Assembly: GCA_037305845.1 (NCBI GenBank)
Contig: CP147778.1
Location: forward strand, 1,984,001-2,048,000
From: Candidatus Freyarchaeum deiterrae
GTDB lineage: Archaea; Asgardarchaeota; Jordiarchaeia; Jordiarchaeales; Jordiarchaeaceae
Reading direction: 5' to 3'
DNA: 64,000 nucleotides
Under the pieces are notes generated by a model. That model did no database searches. It was given only the letters and a program-made list of their open reading frames with translations, and had not been told where the DNA came from. Position numbers and translations under genes: made by a program. This document shows positions 27,946 to 38,945 of this stretch, piece by piece (within the stretch, counting starts at the first letter, position 1; each line of letters opens with the position of its first letter).

Positions 27946-28476
27946 TTGATAAAGAAATGGAGTGTTGTGTATTTGATAAAGAAGTTTCGCTCCTACATTA
28001 GCGTTCCCAGCAAGGCCAATTATGCCAGAGGTAAAGAAAGGCCTAATGTGACTTGCATTCTTTGTTCCGTCGCAGCAGGTGATCCAAAGGTTAAACAAAA
28101 AATTGTTTACAGGAATAATGAAAATATGGTGGCTCTGAATATTTACCCATACAATCCCGGTCACCTATTGATATTCCCAATTAAGCATGTTGAAAAATTC
28201 GAGAAACTAAGTGAAGAATCGCTATACAGCTTGTTTCTATTGACACAAAAGTCAGTAAGGTTGCTTGAGGAAGTTTACCATCCTCAAGGTTTTAATATAG
28301 GCGTTAACCAAGGTGAGACTGCTGGTGCTAGTATAAAGCATTTCCACATTCAGGTTGTACCTCGATATAATAGTGAAATCGGCTTCATGGAGACAATCAA
28401 CAGTACTAGGATAATAGTGGAGACCCTAGACGAGACTCTTTTAAAGCTTAAGAGTAAAGCAAGTATCCTTGATTAA
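27946..28476 (+). CDS. HIT-family Ap4A phosphorylase/hydrolase
   Basis: CILC, LNIYPYNPGHL, GFNIG.NQG..AGASI.HFHIQVVPR. Confidence 0.92.
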   Translation: MIKKWSVVYLIKKFRSYISVPSKANYARGKERPNVTCILCSVAAGDPKVKQKIVYRNNENMVALNIYPYNPGHLLIFPIKHVEKFEKLSEESLYSLFLLTQKSVRLLEEVYHPQGFNIGVNQGETAGASIKHFHIQVVPRYNSEIGFMETINSTRIIVETLDETLLKLKSKASILD

Positions 28477-28599
28477 TTCTTATTATTCCATAATCTTTAA
28501 TTTTAAAGGTCATTGCTAAAAAATAATAACAGTATAATGTCTTTATTTAATTCTATGAAAAAAATTGAAGATTTGTTAACTTGCTTGGAGTGATGAGAG

Positions 28600-29142
28600 A
28601 TGGTTAAATATTTTGATGACATAAAAGAGGAAGGAGTGTTGAGCGTTGCGCTCCAAATGATGATTAGCGCAAAAACTGCACCCAAAGGTTTGGGTCAGGA
28701 TTCAGTTATTATAGCGCTTGTTTCTGAAGAGGAAAAGGAAAAAATGGTTCAACAAATGCATCAACTTGCAGATGTTGCCGGAGTGAACTTTCATAGAGAT
28801 GCTAAGGGTGTAGAGCAAGCTTCTACTGTTCTACTATTCGGCATTAAAAACACCGATACACCCCGAATTAATTGTGGTGCTTGCGGTTTTGCAACCTGTG
28901 AGGATTTTCTAAAACAAGAAAAAAAGGGTACGCCTTTTCCGGGACCTTTTTGCAACCTTAAACTTGTTGACCTCGGAATAGCAATGGGATCCGCGGTCAA
29001 AACAGCAGCTCTAATAAGTGTGGATAATCGTATAATGTATCGAATCGGTGTGGTTGCTAAGCTTCTGAATCTAATTGAAGCTGACTATATTCTGGGTATT
29101 CCACTCTCGGCTACTTCTAAGAATATCTTTTTTGACCGTTAA
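28600..29142 (+). CDS. DUF2148 ferredoxin-domain protein
   Basis: SAKTAPKGLG.D, NCGACGF.TC, C....VDLGIA.GSA, DNRIMY.IG, KNIFFDR. Confidence 0.88.
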   Translation: MVKYFDDIKEEGVLSVALQMMISAKTAPKGLGQDSVIIALVSEEEKEKMVQQMHQLADVAGVNFHRDAKGVEQASTVLLFGIKNTDTPRINCGACGFATCEDFLKQEKKGTPFPGPFCNLKLVDLGIAMGSAVKTAALISVDNRIMYRIGVVAKLLNLIEADYILGIPLSATSKNIFFDR

Positions 29143-29224
29143 TCTCTTTATTTGACATATGCATCGATAGAACAGTATTCCAAAAATAGTGTTCCATTTA
29201 CTTCACAAGCTTTAAATATTTTAA

Positions 29225-30400
29225 ATGGTGAGTTTGCCGAGGGTTGCAGTGTCTAAGAATGAATCATTGGAAACGGAAAGAAAGGCGGTACTGGTACTTG
29301 AAGACGGTTCCTATTTCGTAGGCACCGGTTTCGGTGCTACGGGAAAGGTACACGGCGAAGTAGTATTCAACACTGGTATGGTCGGGTATCCTGAAGTTCT
29401 CAGCGACCCATCGTACCACGGTCAAATTCTTACTCTCACATACCCTCTAGTAGGAAATTATGGAGTTCCTTCCTGTGATGCTTTTGATCGCTGGAATATT
29501 CCCAACTTTTTCGAGTCTGATGGCGTTAAGGTAAATGGATTTGTTGTTCATGAGTGTTGTGATAAACCGCATCACTGGGAATCAAAGCAGAATCTAAGTG
29601 AATGGCTCGAAAATGAGAATATTCCCGGCCTGCAGGGAATAGACACCCGTATGCTAACAAAAAAGCTTCGAGTACATGGTGTCATGTTGGGACTTTTAGA
29701 GGTTTTTGATGAAGGTGTAGAACCTAATCTGGATAATTTGATTAAAGCAGCTCGACATGTTCCTGACCCTAATAATTCAGACCTTGTAGCTGAAGTTACC
29801 TGCAAGGAGCCAATCGTTTACGATAATAAAGCGAAGAAAAGAGTCGTAGTTATAGACTGCGGTGTTAAAAATAACATTCTACGTGAACTCTTATCTTATG
29901 GATCCGATGTGATAAGAGTTCCTTATAATTTCTCTGCGGACGAGCTTATGGAGTATAAGCCTTCTGGAGTAGTAATTACGAATGGTCCTGGAGACCCGAA
30001 AAAAGTTCAAGACACAATTGCAACCGTACAAACTTTGATAGAAAGTAATATTCCCATGATGGGTATATGTTTTGGTAACCAGATAATAGCTCTAGCTTGC
30101 GGTGGGGATACCTACAAATTAAAATACGGACACCGCTCACAGAATCAGCCCTGCATTGACTTGAAAACTGGGAGATGTTATATCACAACCCAAAATCATG
30201 GCTACGCGGTTAGTCTGGAGTCACTCAAACACACGAATCTTGAAGAGTGGTTCCTAAATGTAAATGATAAAACCGTTGAAGGCCTCAAGCACAAGAGAAA
30301 CAACGTTTTCTCTGTGCAGTTTCATCCAGAGCATACAGCTGGACCAGTAGATACTAGATATCTTTTTGAAATTTTCTTCAAAATGCTGGAGAGTGCCTAA
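29225..30400 (+). CDS. carA: Carbamoyl-phosphate synthase small subunit
   Basis: GEVVFNTGMVGY, NGPGDP, GICFG.Q, QNHGYAV, QFHPE. Confidence 0.97.
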   Translation: MVSLPRVAVSKNESLETERKAVLVLEDGSYFVGTGFGATGKVHGEVVFNTGMVGYPEVLSDPSYHGQILTLTYPLVGNYGVPSCDAFDRWNIPNFFESDGVKVNGFVVHECCDKPHHWESKQNLSEWLENENIPGLQGIDTRMLTKKLRVHGVMLGLLEVFDEGVEPNLDNLIKAARHVPDPNNSDLVAEVTCKEPIVYDNKAKKRVVVIDCGVKNNILRELLSYGSDVIRVPYNFSADELMEYKPSGVVITNGPGDPKKVQDTIATVQTLIESNIPMMGICFGNQIIALACGGDTYKLKYGHRSQNQPCIDLKTGRCYITTQNHGYAVSLESLKHTNLEEWFLNVNDKTVEGLKHKRNNVFSVQFHPEHTAGPVDTRYLFEIFFKMLESA

Positions 30401-33400
30401 ATGCCTAAACTTGACTGGATAAAAAAAGTCTTAATTCTCGGTAGCGGGGCAGTGAGAATCGGACAAGCTGGAGAATTTGATTATTCTGGAAGTCAAGCTT
30501 TGAAGGCTCTGAAAGAAGAAGGGATTGAAACCGTTCTAATAAATCCTAACATAGCAACCATTCAGACAGATCCCGGATTCGCCGAAAAAGTGTATCTGCT
30601 GCCCATTACCCCCTACTTTGTGGAGGAAGTTATCAAAAAGGAGAAACCGGACGGAATCCTACTAAGTTTCGGGGGCCAGACGGCTCTTAACTGTGGTGTG
30701 GAACTAGCTAAAAGCGGAGTTCTAGAGAAACACAATGTTCAGGTATTGGGAACTCCAATTAAAGCCATCGAGGCTACTGAGGATAGAGAACTTTTCAGAA
30801 GAGCGATGGGAGAGGCAGGAGTTAAAGTCCTTAAGAGCGCCGCTGCCTGCTCAATAGACGAAGCCTTTAAAATAGCTGAAGAAATAGGCTATCCGGTCAT
30901 GGTTAGAGTAGGATACACTCTAGGGGGTCAAGGATCCGGAGTTGCTTATAATAAAGATGATCTGGAAGAGATTGTTAGTAGAGGATTAGCTCAAAGTATG
31001 ATCTCTCAGGTTTTGGTAGAAAGGTATGTGGGTAAATGGAAGGAAATTGAGTATGAGGTTGTCCGTGACTATGAGGATAACTGTATAACTGTTTGTAATA
31101 TGGAGAACTTTGACCCCATGGGAATACACACAGGAGAGTCAATCGTAGTTGCTCCCAGTCAAACTCTTACAAACAAGGAATACCATACTCTGAGAGAGGC
31201 TTCCATTCGTGTCATACGCTACCTAGGAATCGTAGGGGAGTGCAACATTCAGTATGCACTGCATCCAACTTCGTTGGATTTCTATGCCGTTGAGGTTAAC
31301 GCGCGATTATCCCGCTCCTCCGCACTTGCATCAAAGGCCACAGGTTATCCTCTGGCATACATAGCCGCCAAACTGGCTTTAGGGTATACTCTACCAGAAT
31401 TAACCAACAAAGTAACTGGAGTAACCACGGCGTGCTTCGAGCCAGCCTTGGACTATTTGGTGGTTAAGATACCCCGATGGGATCTTCAAAAGTTTATCAA
31501 TGTTAATAGACATATTGGAACTCAGATGAAGAGCGTGGGAGAGGTCATGGCTATTGGTCGTTGCTTTGAAGAAGCGATTCAAAAGGCCATTAGAATGTTG
31601 GATATTGGTGCTGTGGGATTGGTAGGGAATGTAGATGAAATTAAACCAGAACCAGTAGACCACATAAAGTATCTCCTATCCCATCCTACAGATGAGAGAG
31701 TCTTTAAAATAGTTAAGGCTCTAAAAAGAGGAGTATCAATTGATGAGATTTACTCGCTAAGCGGCGTCGATAAGTGGTTTTTGTACAAGATTCAGAATAT
31801 AATTAAAACGGAAGAACATTTGAAAAATGTAAACATTGAGGATTCTGATGAATTTAAAAGGGCTTTAAAAAAGGCTAAGAGACTGGGCTTCTCTGACGAG
31901 CAAATCGCAGATTACTTGAACAAGAGTGAGAATGAGATAAGAACGTTAAGGAAGAAATTTAATGTAATGCCTGTTATAAGTCAGATAGATACTCTAGCGG
32001 CTGAGTGGCCGGCTCAAACAAATTACCTATACACAACCTATGGTGGTGAAGAAGATGATATCACAATTGAGAATAAGAAGAGAAAGGTTATCGTTCTGGG
32101 AGCCGGAACCTACAGAATCGGGAGCTCCGTGGAATTCGACTGGTGTTGCGTGAATACAACTTTAGCACTGAAGAATCATGACGTAGACGAAGCCATAATG
32201 ATTAACTACAACCCCGAAACCGTTTCAACCGATTACGATATGAGCGACAAACTTTATTTTGAAGAATTAAGCTTTGAACGCGTGATGGATATATACGAAA
32301 AAGAAAATCCGCTTGGAATCATCGTTTCCGTGGGAGGGCAAATACCGAACAATATAGCTATGAAACTAGCAAACGCCGGTGCAAAAATTCTAGGCACGAG
32401 AGCAGAGGACATTGATAGAGCTGAGGATAGAGCCAAGTTTAGCGCTCTTCTAGACTCGCTTGGTATCCCTCAACCATCCTGGCAAAAACTTACTTCAATT
32501 GAGGAAGCAAAAAGCTTCGCTGATGAGGTGGGATACCCGGTTCTAGTCAGACCGAGCTACGTTCTCTCAGGAGCCGCTATGAGAGTGGCTTACAATGTTG
32601 AACATTTAGAAGATTTCCTAGTTATGGCAACAAGGGTTTCAAAAGAGCATCCAGTTGTTATTTCAAAATTTATCGAAGAAGCCAGGGAGGTAGAAGTAGA
32701 CGGTATATGCGATGGAGAAGATGTGCTAATCGGAGCGGTCATTGAGCATGTGGAGGACGCTGGTGTTCACTCCGGTGATGCCACAATGAGTATACCTCCT
32801 CACAGCTTACCAGAGAGTATGATACACAAGATAGAAGAGTACAGCAAGAAAATCGCGAGAGCTCTGAACATAAGAGGCCCCTTTAACATTCAATATCTGG
32901 TTAAGGCGGGGGAAGCTTACGTTATTGAGTGCAATTTGAGAGCCTCAAGATCCATGCCCTTTGTAAGTAAAACCAAGGGTATTAACCTTATGGAAAAGGC
33001 AGCGGCAGTTATGTTGGGAAAGAAACTCAAGGATATAAATGCCCTAAACGCTCCAGAAATACATCACATAGGAATTAAGGTTCCTCAATTCTCATTTATG
33101 AGACTCGATGGGGCTGATCCCGTGCTGGGAGTTGAAATGGTGAGCACTGGCGAGGTGGCTTGTTTGGGTGAAAGCTTTCCTGACGCTTTCCTGAAGGCGT
33201 TACTAGCCGCGGAATTCGAAATTCCCTTGAATGGAGGAAATGTGCTGATTAGCGTAGGCGGGAAAGAACTCAAAAAGGATTTGCTGCCTATAGCTAGGAG
33301 ATTTTTAAGTATGGGTTACAAGATATTCGCAACAGAGCATACCGCCGAATCATTCCGAAGAGAAGGCCTAGAAAGTGTTGAAACGGTTTACAAGATGAGA

Positions 33401-33703
33401 GAGTCTCAGAGAAAACCAAACATCCGAGACCTTCTCATTAATCGAGAAATTGATCTAGTAGTAAACATTGTCAGCTCCGGGACTCTCGAAAAATACGCCG
33501 AGATGAAGTCCGACGAGTACATCATAAGAAGAAAAGCCATAGAATACAATATTCCAGTAGTAACAAATCTAAAGATGGCTAAAGCCCTTGTTAAAGCACT
33601 AAGTGCTATGAAAAATAAAACACTAACTGTAAAATCTCTAAACGAATACTTGGAGAGAATCGAAAAACCTCAATTTAGTCCAACTGAAAAACTGTTAACA
33701 TAA
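30401..33703 (+). CDS. carB: Carbamoyl-phosphate synthase large subunit
   Basis: GQAGEFDYSG, duplicated ATP-grasp, NPETVSTDYD, RPSYVLSG, C-terminal MGS domain. Confidence 0.98.
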   Translation: MPKLDWIKKVLILGSGAVRIGQAGEFDYSGSQALKALKEEGIETVLINPNIATIQTDPGFAEKVYLLPITPYFVEEVIKKEKPDGILLSFGGQTALNCGVELAKSGVLEKHNVQVLGTPIKAIEATEDRELFRRAMGEAGVKVLKSAAACSIDEAFKIAEEIGYPVMVRVGYTLGGQGSGVAYNKDDLEEIVSRGLAQSMISQVLVERYVGKWKEIEYEVVRDYEDNCITVCNMENFDPMGIHTGESIVVAPSQTLTNKEYHTLREASIRVIRYLGIVGECNIQYALHPTSLDFYAVEVNARLSRSSALASKATGYPLAYIAAKLALGYTLPELTNKVTGVTTACFEPALDYLVVKIPRWDLQKFINVNRHIGTQMKSVGEVMAIGRCFEEAIQKAIRMLDIGAVGLVGNVDEIKPEPVDHIKYLLSHPTDERVFKIVKALKRGVSIDEIYSLSGVDKWFLYKIQNIIKTEEHLKNVNIEDSDEFKRALKKAKRLGFSDEQIADYLNKSENEIRTLRKKFNVMPVISQIDTLAAEWPAQTNYLYTTYGGEEDDITIENKKRKVIVLGAGTYRIGSSVEFDWCCVNTTLALKNHDVDEAIMINYNPETVSTDYDMSDKLYFEELSFERVMDIYEKENPLGIIVSVGGQIPNNIAMKLANAGAKILGTRAEDIDRAEDRAKFSALLDSLGIPQPSWQKLTSIEEAKSFADEVGYPVLVRPSYVLSGAAMRVAYNVEHLEDFLVMATRVSKEHPVVISKFIEEAREVEVDGICDGEDVLIGAVIEHVEDAGVHSGDATMSIPPHSLPESMIHKIEEYSKKIARALNIRGPFNIQYLVKAGEAYVIECNLRASRSMPFVSKTKGINLMEKAAAVMLGKKLKDINALNAPEIHHIGIKVPQFSFMRLDGADPVLGVEMVSTGEVACLGESFPDAFLKALLAAEFEIPLNGGNVLISVGGKELKKDLLPIARRFLSMGYKIFATEHTAESFRREGLESVETVYKMRESQRKPNIRDLLINREIDLVVNIVSSGTLEKYAEMKSDEYIIRRKAIEYNIPVVTNLKMAKALVKALSAMKNKTLTVKSLNEYLERIEKPQFSPTEKLLT

Positions 33704-33847
33704 ATAGCAGCTTTTCCTCTCGTAAGAATTTTTTATAGTTTAAGTTTGTTTAATAATAAAATATCCAACTCTTATTCACCATCGCCTTTCCGGGCTTGGC
33801 TGTTCATCCTCTTGTCATTAATGATTCCTATCTGAGGTGTTAACGTA

Positions 33848-35233
33848 TTGGAAGAGTCTCTTGTAAAAGTATTGTCTAATATAGTGGGAGAAGAGAACGT
33901 TAAAACGGATATTACTGACAGGTATTGTTACTCTATGGATGCCTCTATTTACCGAGAAATTCCAGACGTGGTTGTGTTTCCACAAACAACTGATCAAATT
34001 TCTGAGATAATGAAGTTCGCTAACGTCAATGAGACCCCTGTAACCCCTAGAGGGGCGGGGACTGGTCTATGTGGGGGCGCTGTGCCTATTGAGGGGGGAA
34101 TAGTAATAGATCTCACAAAAATGAACAAAATCATGGAGATTGATTTGGGTAACTTCTGCGTTAAGGTAGAGCCAGGAGTAGTTCAGAATCAGCTTAACCA
34201 AGTACTGGAAGGACATGGTTTCTTTTTTCCGCCCACCCCGGGCAGCAAAAAAATGTGTACAATCGGTGGTATGATTTCCACCAATGCGGGGGGAATGACT
34301 GCAATAAAATATGGTGTTACCCGGAATTTTGTTCTTGGTCTTCAAGTTGTCTTAGCTTCGGGTGAAGTGCTTAATCTGGGCGGAAAAACTCTAAAGAGAA
34401 GTTTAGGACTGGACTTGATACAACTGTTTGTGGGAACCGAGGGTACACTTGGCATAATTACAGAAGCTCTGCTTAGAATCATGCCGCTCCCGGAAGAAAC
34501 CGCTGTGATAGTAGCTCCATTTGAGAATATTAACGACGCTGCTAAAACAGTTAACTCTATACTCAGTCGAACAATACCCACAGCGATAGAAATAATGGAT
34601 AGCGGCAGTATCAAAGCGGTAAACGCTTACCTACCCGAACTAAATCTACCAGAAGTCGACGCTATACTATACTTTGAAGTTGGAGGAACACAAGAAGAAG
34701 TCAGAAAACAAACCGAACTCATAGTTGAAACATGTAAAAATCACAAATCCAGAAACATCCAATGGACAAGCGATCCTTCAAAGAGGCAAATACTATGGCA
34801 GGGTAGGGAGGCAGCTGGTGGAGCGATTATGACTCTAGACAAAAAACTGGTACGAGTCTTCGAGGCGGAAGATGTATGCGTGCCCATTTCCCAAATACCC
34901 GAAATGGTGAAACACTTTCAAGAAATATCGAAAAAATACGGAATCCTAGTTTGTCTCTATGGACATGCAGGAGACGGCAACATTCACTCAGGGATACTAA
35001 TAGATGTAAAAAACCAAGAAGAATGGCAAAAACTCAAAAATCTAACACGTGAAGTTTATGAAACCGCTATGTCTCTAGGCGGAAACATAAGCGCTGAACA
35101 CGGAATAGGGATACTAAGAGCCGATTGGATGGAAAAGATACAAGGGGCAGGATTAGACTACATTAAAAAGATAAAGAGAATATTTGATCCCAAAGGCATT
35201 CTAAACCCAGGAAAATTGGGGCTGCAAAAATAG
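33848..35233 (+). CDS. glcD: FAD-linked oxidase, GlcD/D-lactate dehydrogenase family
   Basis: PRGAGTGL.GG, NAGG..AIKYGVT, GTEGTLG, GHAGDGNIH, SAEHGIG, LNPGK. Confidence 0.9.
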   Translation: MEESLVKVLSNIVGEENVKTDITDRYCYSMDASIYREIPDVVVFPQTTDQISEIMKFANVNETPVTPRGAGTGLCGGAVPIEGGIVIDLTKMNKIMEIDLGNFCVKVEPGVVQNQLNQVLEGHGFFFPPTPGSKKMCTIGGMISTNAGGMTAIKYGVTRNFVLGLQVVLASGEVLNLGGKTLKRSLGLDLIQLFVGTEGTLGIITEALLRIMPLPEETAVIVAPFENINDAAKTVNSILSRTIPTAIEIMDSGSIKAVNAYLPELNLPEVDAILYFEVGGTQEEVRKQTELIVETCKNHKSRNIQWTSDPSKRQILWQGREAAGGAIMTLDKKLVRVFEAEDVCVPISQIPEMVKHFQEISKKYGILVCLYGHAGDGNIHSGILIDVKNQEEWQKLKNLTREVYETAMSLGGNISAEHGIGILRADWMEKIQGAGLDYIKKIKRIFDPKGILNPGKLGLQK

Positions 35234-35257
35234 AATGCTAAACTCGAATAAAGCATT

Positions 35258-35695
35258 CTAAGCTAATTTCCAAGATTTGGTCTTTTCTCTTTTGACAACC
35301 TTTTTTCCTTCCAACTGTATGAGTAGAGAAAGTACCTCATTCTGATTTAGTTTTCCCTTCAGCATCCTCGTAATAGCCCTTGGTCTTCTGGGCTCGTATC
35401 CTATAATATTCACAATCCGGTTTTCAATTTCAGAAAGATCCTTTCTAACTATAGGTTCTCTTTTTACCCGCTTTTTCTTCTCCTTTTTCTTTTCCTTAAC
35501 CGGTTCTTTCTTTTCTTCTTTGATTTCTTCTTTTTTCTCTTCTTTGATTTCTTCTTTTTTCTCTTCCTTCTTTTCTTCTTTCTTTTTGTCCTTCTTTTCT
35601 TCTACTGCCTCTTTTTCCATTTCTTCAACGATTTGATCTATTTCTTTCTCTTCGATTTCCTCTGGCTCTTCTTTGGCTTTTGCTCGCTTTGACAT
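35258..35695 (-). CDS. Glu/Lys-rich protein with C-terminal winged-helix-like domain
   Basis: GGAGG RBS; about 80-aa E/K low-complexity region, then LSEIE.RI..II......AI...L......V...L..LE.K.VV......WKL. Confidence 0.7.
   Translation of the reverse strand: MSKRAKAKEEPEEIEEKEIDQIVEEMEKEAVEEKKDKKKEEKKEEKKEEIKEEKKEEIKEEKKEPVKEKKKEKKKRVKREPIVRKDLSEIENRIVNIIGYEPRRPRAITRMLKGKLNQNEVLSLLIQLEGKKVVKREKTKSWKLA
35517..35564. repeat. 24-bp tandem repeat, two exact copies (coding EEKKEEIK)
   Basis: tctttgatttcttcttttttctct x2 with degenerate flanking copies. Confidence 0.85.
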
Positions 35696-36053
35696 ATCTT
35701 TTTCCTCCGATGATTCTTAGAAAGACTTTCGTTTGGTTATTCTTAAATTTCTCGATAAACTTTTTTGTTTTTGAAATCAATAGAATTTAAACTTTTAAAC
35801 CTTTACCATCTCTAACCTCAAAAAGCTTGGAAAAGGTTTTTAGAAAGCATTTACATATATGTTTATGCTCTTGTTTCTTAATATTGGTGGTTCAAAATCC
35901 TTGAATTGATACTTCCCTTAATAATTCGCAAATAAACTGTTGTTGATTTATCTGAGCTATTGCAAATGCGTTAATGTAATTACGATACTGGTTAACCTTT
36001 ATCTATTTAATACATCCTCCTCTTCTAATATTTGCTGGTTGAGCTGATGAAAT

Positions 36054-38795
36054 TTGGAAGATGAACAAGTATTCCACACAATGGACGTGGAAAGTGTTGA
36101 GACTGCTTTAAAAACTGGGCGGTCTGGCATCGAGACAGAAGAGGCGAAAATTCGGTTAGAAAAATTTGGCCCAAATATTTTACAGAAAAAAAGGGGTCCC
36201 TCCGCTTTAAGAATTTTCGCGGATCAGTTTAAGAACTATTTAATTCTAGTTCTTGTTGCTGCCGCTGTTATAGCCATCTTCCTTGAAGACATTACTGATA
36301 CTCTTGTAATCACAGCGGTAATAATTTTAAATGCCATATTAGGCTTTTACCAAGAGTATAGAGCTGAAAAATCTATAGAAGCTCTTAAAAGATTAACAGC
36401 CCCCAAAGCGATTGTGATACGTGAGGGGCAGGAGGAGGAGATACCGGCGAGGGAGTTGGTTCCTGGAGATTTGGTACTGATGGAGACAGGGGATAAGGTA
36501 CCTGCAGATATTCGTCTTTCTGAAACTACCAGTTTAGAAATAGATGAATCCCTATTAACCGGGGAATCAACCCCCGTTAAGAAAATGACGGAGCGTTTAG
36601 AAGCTAAAACTCTACCCATTCCTGATAGAACCAATACAGCCTATATGGGCACCTCCATAACCCGAGGAAGAGGAAATGGATATGTTGTGTCCACTGGTAT
36701 GAAAACTGAAATTGGTAGAATCGCGGAGTTGATTCAAACCGTTGAGAGAGAGGAAACCCCTCTGCAGGTAAAACTAGATATTTTGGCTAAAAAGTTGACT
36801 TATGCTATTATCATCATTTGTTTAGTTGTATTCTTTACCGGTATTCTTAGAGAAGGTAACATTTTTGATATGTTCTTGAATGCCGTTGGTTTAGCTGTGG
36901 CGGCGATACCCGAGAGCCTACCCGCAGTAGTTACTATTACTCTTGCACTCGGGGTTCAGAGAATGGCTAAAAGGAACGCTATTGTAAGAAAACTGTCAGC
37001 GGTGGAGACTCTGGGGAGCGCCACTGTTATCTGTTCCGACAAGACTGGAACGTTTACTAGAAACGAAATGACTGTCCGAAAAATATACACAAACAACAAC
37101 ATGTTCGACGTAACAAATGTTGGGTATGAACCTAAAGGTGAATTCTATAATAAAGATTCAAAGATTAATCCTAATGAAATTCCCAGTCTCGGACTGTTAC
37201 TGAAAATTGGCACACTTTGCAACAATGCAAAATTAGAGGAAAATACAAATTGGCGCATAATTGGTGATCCCACTGAAGGTGCTCTTATTGTCGCCGCAGA
37301 GAAGGCGGGAATAAAACATAAAGCACTTAATAAGCAATATCCGCGTATTGGAGAAATACCTTTTGAATCTGAAAGAAAGGCTATGTCCACCGTGCACAAA
37401 ACTCCTGAAGGAACAGAGGTTGCATATGTTAAAGGGGCAGCGGAGATAATACTAAGTTGGAGTAGCAGTATATACTCTGATGGACAGATTAAAAAATTAA
37501 CCAGCAAAGAGAAGAAAGAACTCCTAAAAATTAACCAAGAAATGGCGAGTAACGCTTTACGAGTTTTAGCCGTGGCTTACAAAGAATTACCTGATGAGTG
37601 CTCAGAATGTACATCAGAAAATGTAGAGAATGACCTAATTTTTGTGGGCTTTGCGGGTATGCTTGACCCACCTAGAGAAGAAGCCATATCCGCTGTTCAA
37701 AAGTGCAAAAACGCAGGCATAAAAGTAGTTATGATTACAGGAGACAATGAATTCACCGCCAAGGCTGTAGCAAAGGAATTAGGCCTTCTTAATGGAGAAG
37801 GAAAGACACTAACCGGAGCCGAACTGGAAAACATGAGTGACGCTCAGCTCGATAAGATAGTTCAGAAAGTTACTGTCTATGCACGCGTCTCTCCTGAACA
37901 CAAGCTTAGAATAGTTAACTCGCTAAAAAAGAATAATCATATAGTGGCCATGACCGGCGATGGAGTCAACGACGCGCCAGCCCTCAAGACGGCGGACATC
38001 GGTGTCTCAATGGGAATTACTGGGACTGATGTTGCTAAAGAGGCGTCAGAAATAATTCTTGCCGACGACAACTTCGCGTCCAGTGTCGCTGCAGTAGAAG
38101 AAGGACGCGTAATTTATACTAACATAAAAAAGACAATATTCTACCTCCTCTCTACAAATATTGGCGAAATACTAACTGTATTTTTAGGGTTGATTATCGG
38201 TCTACCAATACCCGTGGTTGCGGTTCAAATTTTGTGGATTAACCTTGTAACTGATGGTTTACCTGCGTTGTCACTTTCGGTGGATCCCCCAGAAGCGGAT
38301 ATTATGCTTCGCCATCCGCGGAATCCTAAAGAAAATATAATAACAAGAGGAATGCTCTATAATATGATTATTGTAGCAATTTTTATGTGCGTATCCACTC
38401 TACTTTTGTACGGCTCTGTTTTAGGGGTGTTTTCTACTTTTGGGATTTCCTATGCTAACTTGGATACTGCAAGAACAATCGCTTTCACAAATCTGGTTTT
38501 TATTCAACTTTTCAACGCGTTTAACGTTCGTTCCAGAAGAGAATCTGCGTTTAAAATCGGATTCTTCTCAAACAAGGCTCTAGTATTAGCCATCGCGATT
38601 TCCGTAGTTCTACAATTATTGGTATTATACTTTCCTCCCCTTCAAGATTTATTTCACACAGTTACATTATCCATTTTTCAATTGGTTATAATAACTCTAG
38701 TTTCCAGTACCTCCCTAATAGGTGCGGAAATCTTGAAGTTTTTTGTGCGGCGAGCTGGCCGCCGCCACCGAAAAGTAAAGAAAACAAAAAGATAA
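36054..38795 (+). CDS. P2A-type (SERCA/SPCA-like) cation-transporting P-type ATPase
   Basis: LTGES, IPESLP, DKTGT, KGA.E, TGDGVNDAPAL, NLVTDGLPA. Confidence 0.95.
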   Translation: MEDEQVFHTMDVESVETALKTGRSGIETEEAKIRLEKFGPNILQKKRGPSALRIFADQFKNYLILVLVAAAVIAIFLEDITDTLVITAVIILNAILGFYQEYRAEKSIEALKRLTAPKAIVIREGQEEEIPARELVPGDLVLMETGDKVPADIRLSETTSLEIDESLLTGESTPVKKMTERLEAKTLPIPDRTNTAYMGTSITRGRGNGYVVSTGMKTEIGRIAELIQTVEREETPLQVKLDILAKKLTYAIIIICLVVFFTGILREGNIFDMFLNAVGLAVAAIPESLPAVVTITLALGVQRMAKRNAIVRKLSAVETLGSATVICSDKTGTFTRNEMTVRKIYTNNNMFDVTNVGYEPKGEFYNKDSKINPNEIPSLGLLLKIGTLCNNAKLEENTNWRIIGDPTEGALIVAAEKAGIKHKALNKQYPRIGEIPFESERKAMSTVHKTPEGTEVAYVKGAAEIILSWSSSIYSDGQIKKLTSKEKKELLKINQEMASNALRVLAVAYKELPDECSECTSENVENDLIFVGFAGMLDPPREEAISAVQKCKNAGIKVVMITGDNEFTAKAVAKELGLLNGEGKTLTGAELENMSDAQLDKIVQKVTVYARVSPEHKLRIVNSLKKNNHIVAMTGDGVNDAPALKTADIGVSMGITGTDVAKEASEIILADDNFASSVAAVEEGRVIYTNIKKTIFYLLSTNIGEILTVFLGLIIGLPIPVVAVQILWINLVTDGLPALSLSVDPPEADIMLRHPRNPKENIITRGMLYNMIIVAIFMCVSTLLLYGSVLGVFSTFGISYANLDTARTIAFTNLVFIQLFNAFNVRSRRESAFKIGFFSNKALVLAIAISVVLQLLVLYFPPLQDLFHTVTLSIFQLVIITLVSSTSLIGAEILKFFVRRAGRRHRKVKKTKR

Positions 38796-38945
38796 AAGGG
38801 CAATACTTGTTAAATTTACTGAGTGCTAAGTTTTAGCCTTTTTTTGTTTATACTCTTATTATTAAAAATTTCTTTTTGAAACGCAATTAATTTAAATCGC
38901 CCTAAAACATAATGGTTATAAATAAATTATATCGGAAGATAAAAA

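Noticed and set aside
33775-33835. GC-rich hairpin before glcD, with minus-strand GGCGATGGTG and ATGA..AA..GA suggesting a fluoride riboswitch or SECIS
   Set aside because: The pairing partner and downstream motif of the riboswitch are missing, the strand is wrong for the flanking genes, and no in-frame UGA selenoprotein is nearby.
35500-35600. Repeat array as CRISPR or mobile element
   Set aside because: Coding low-complexity repeat with no spacers.
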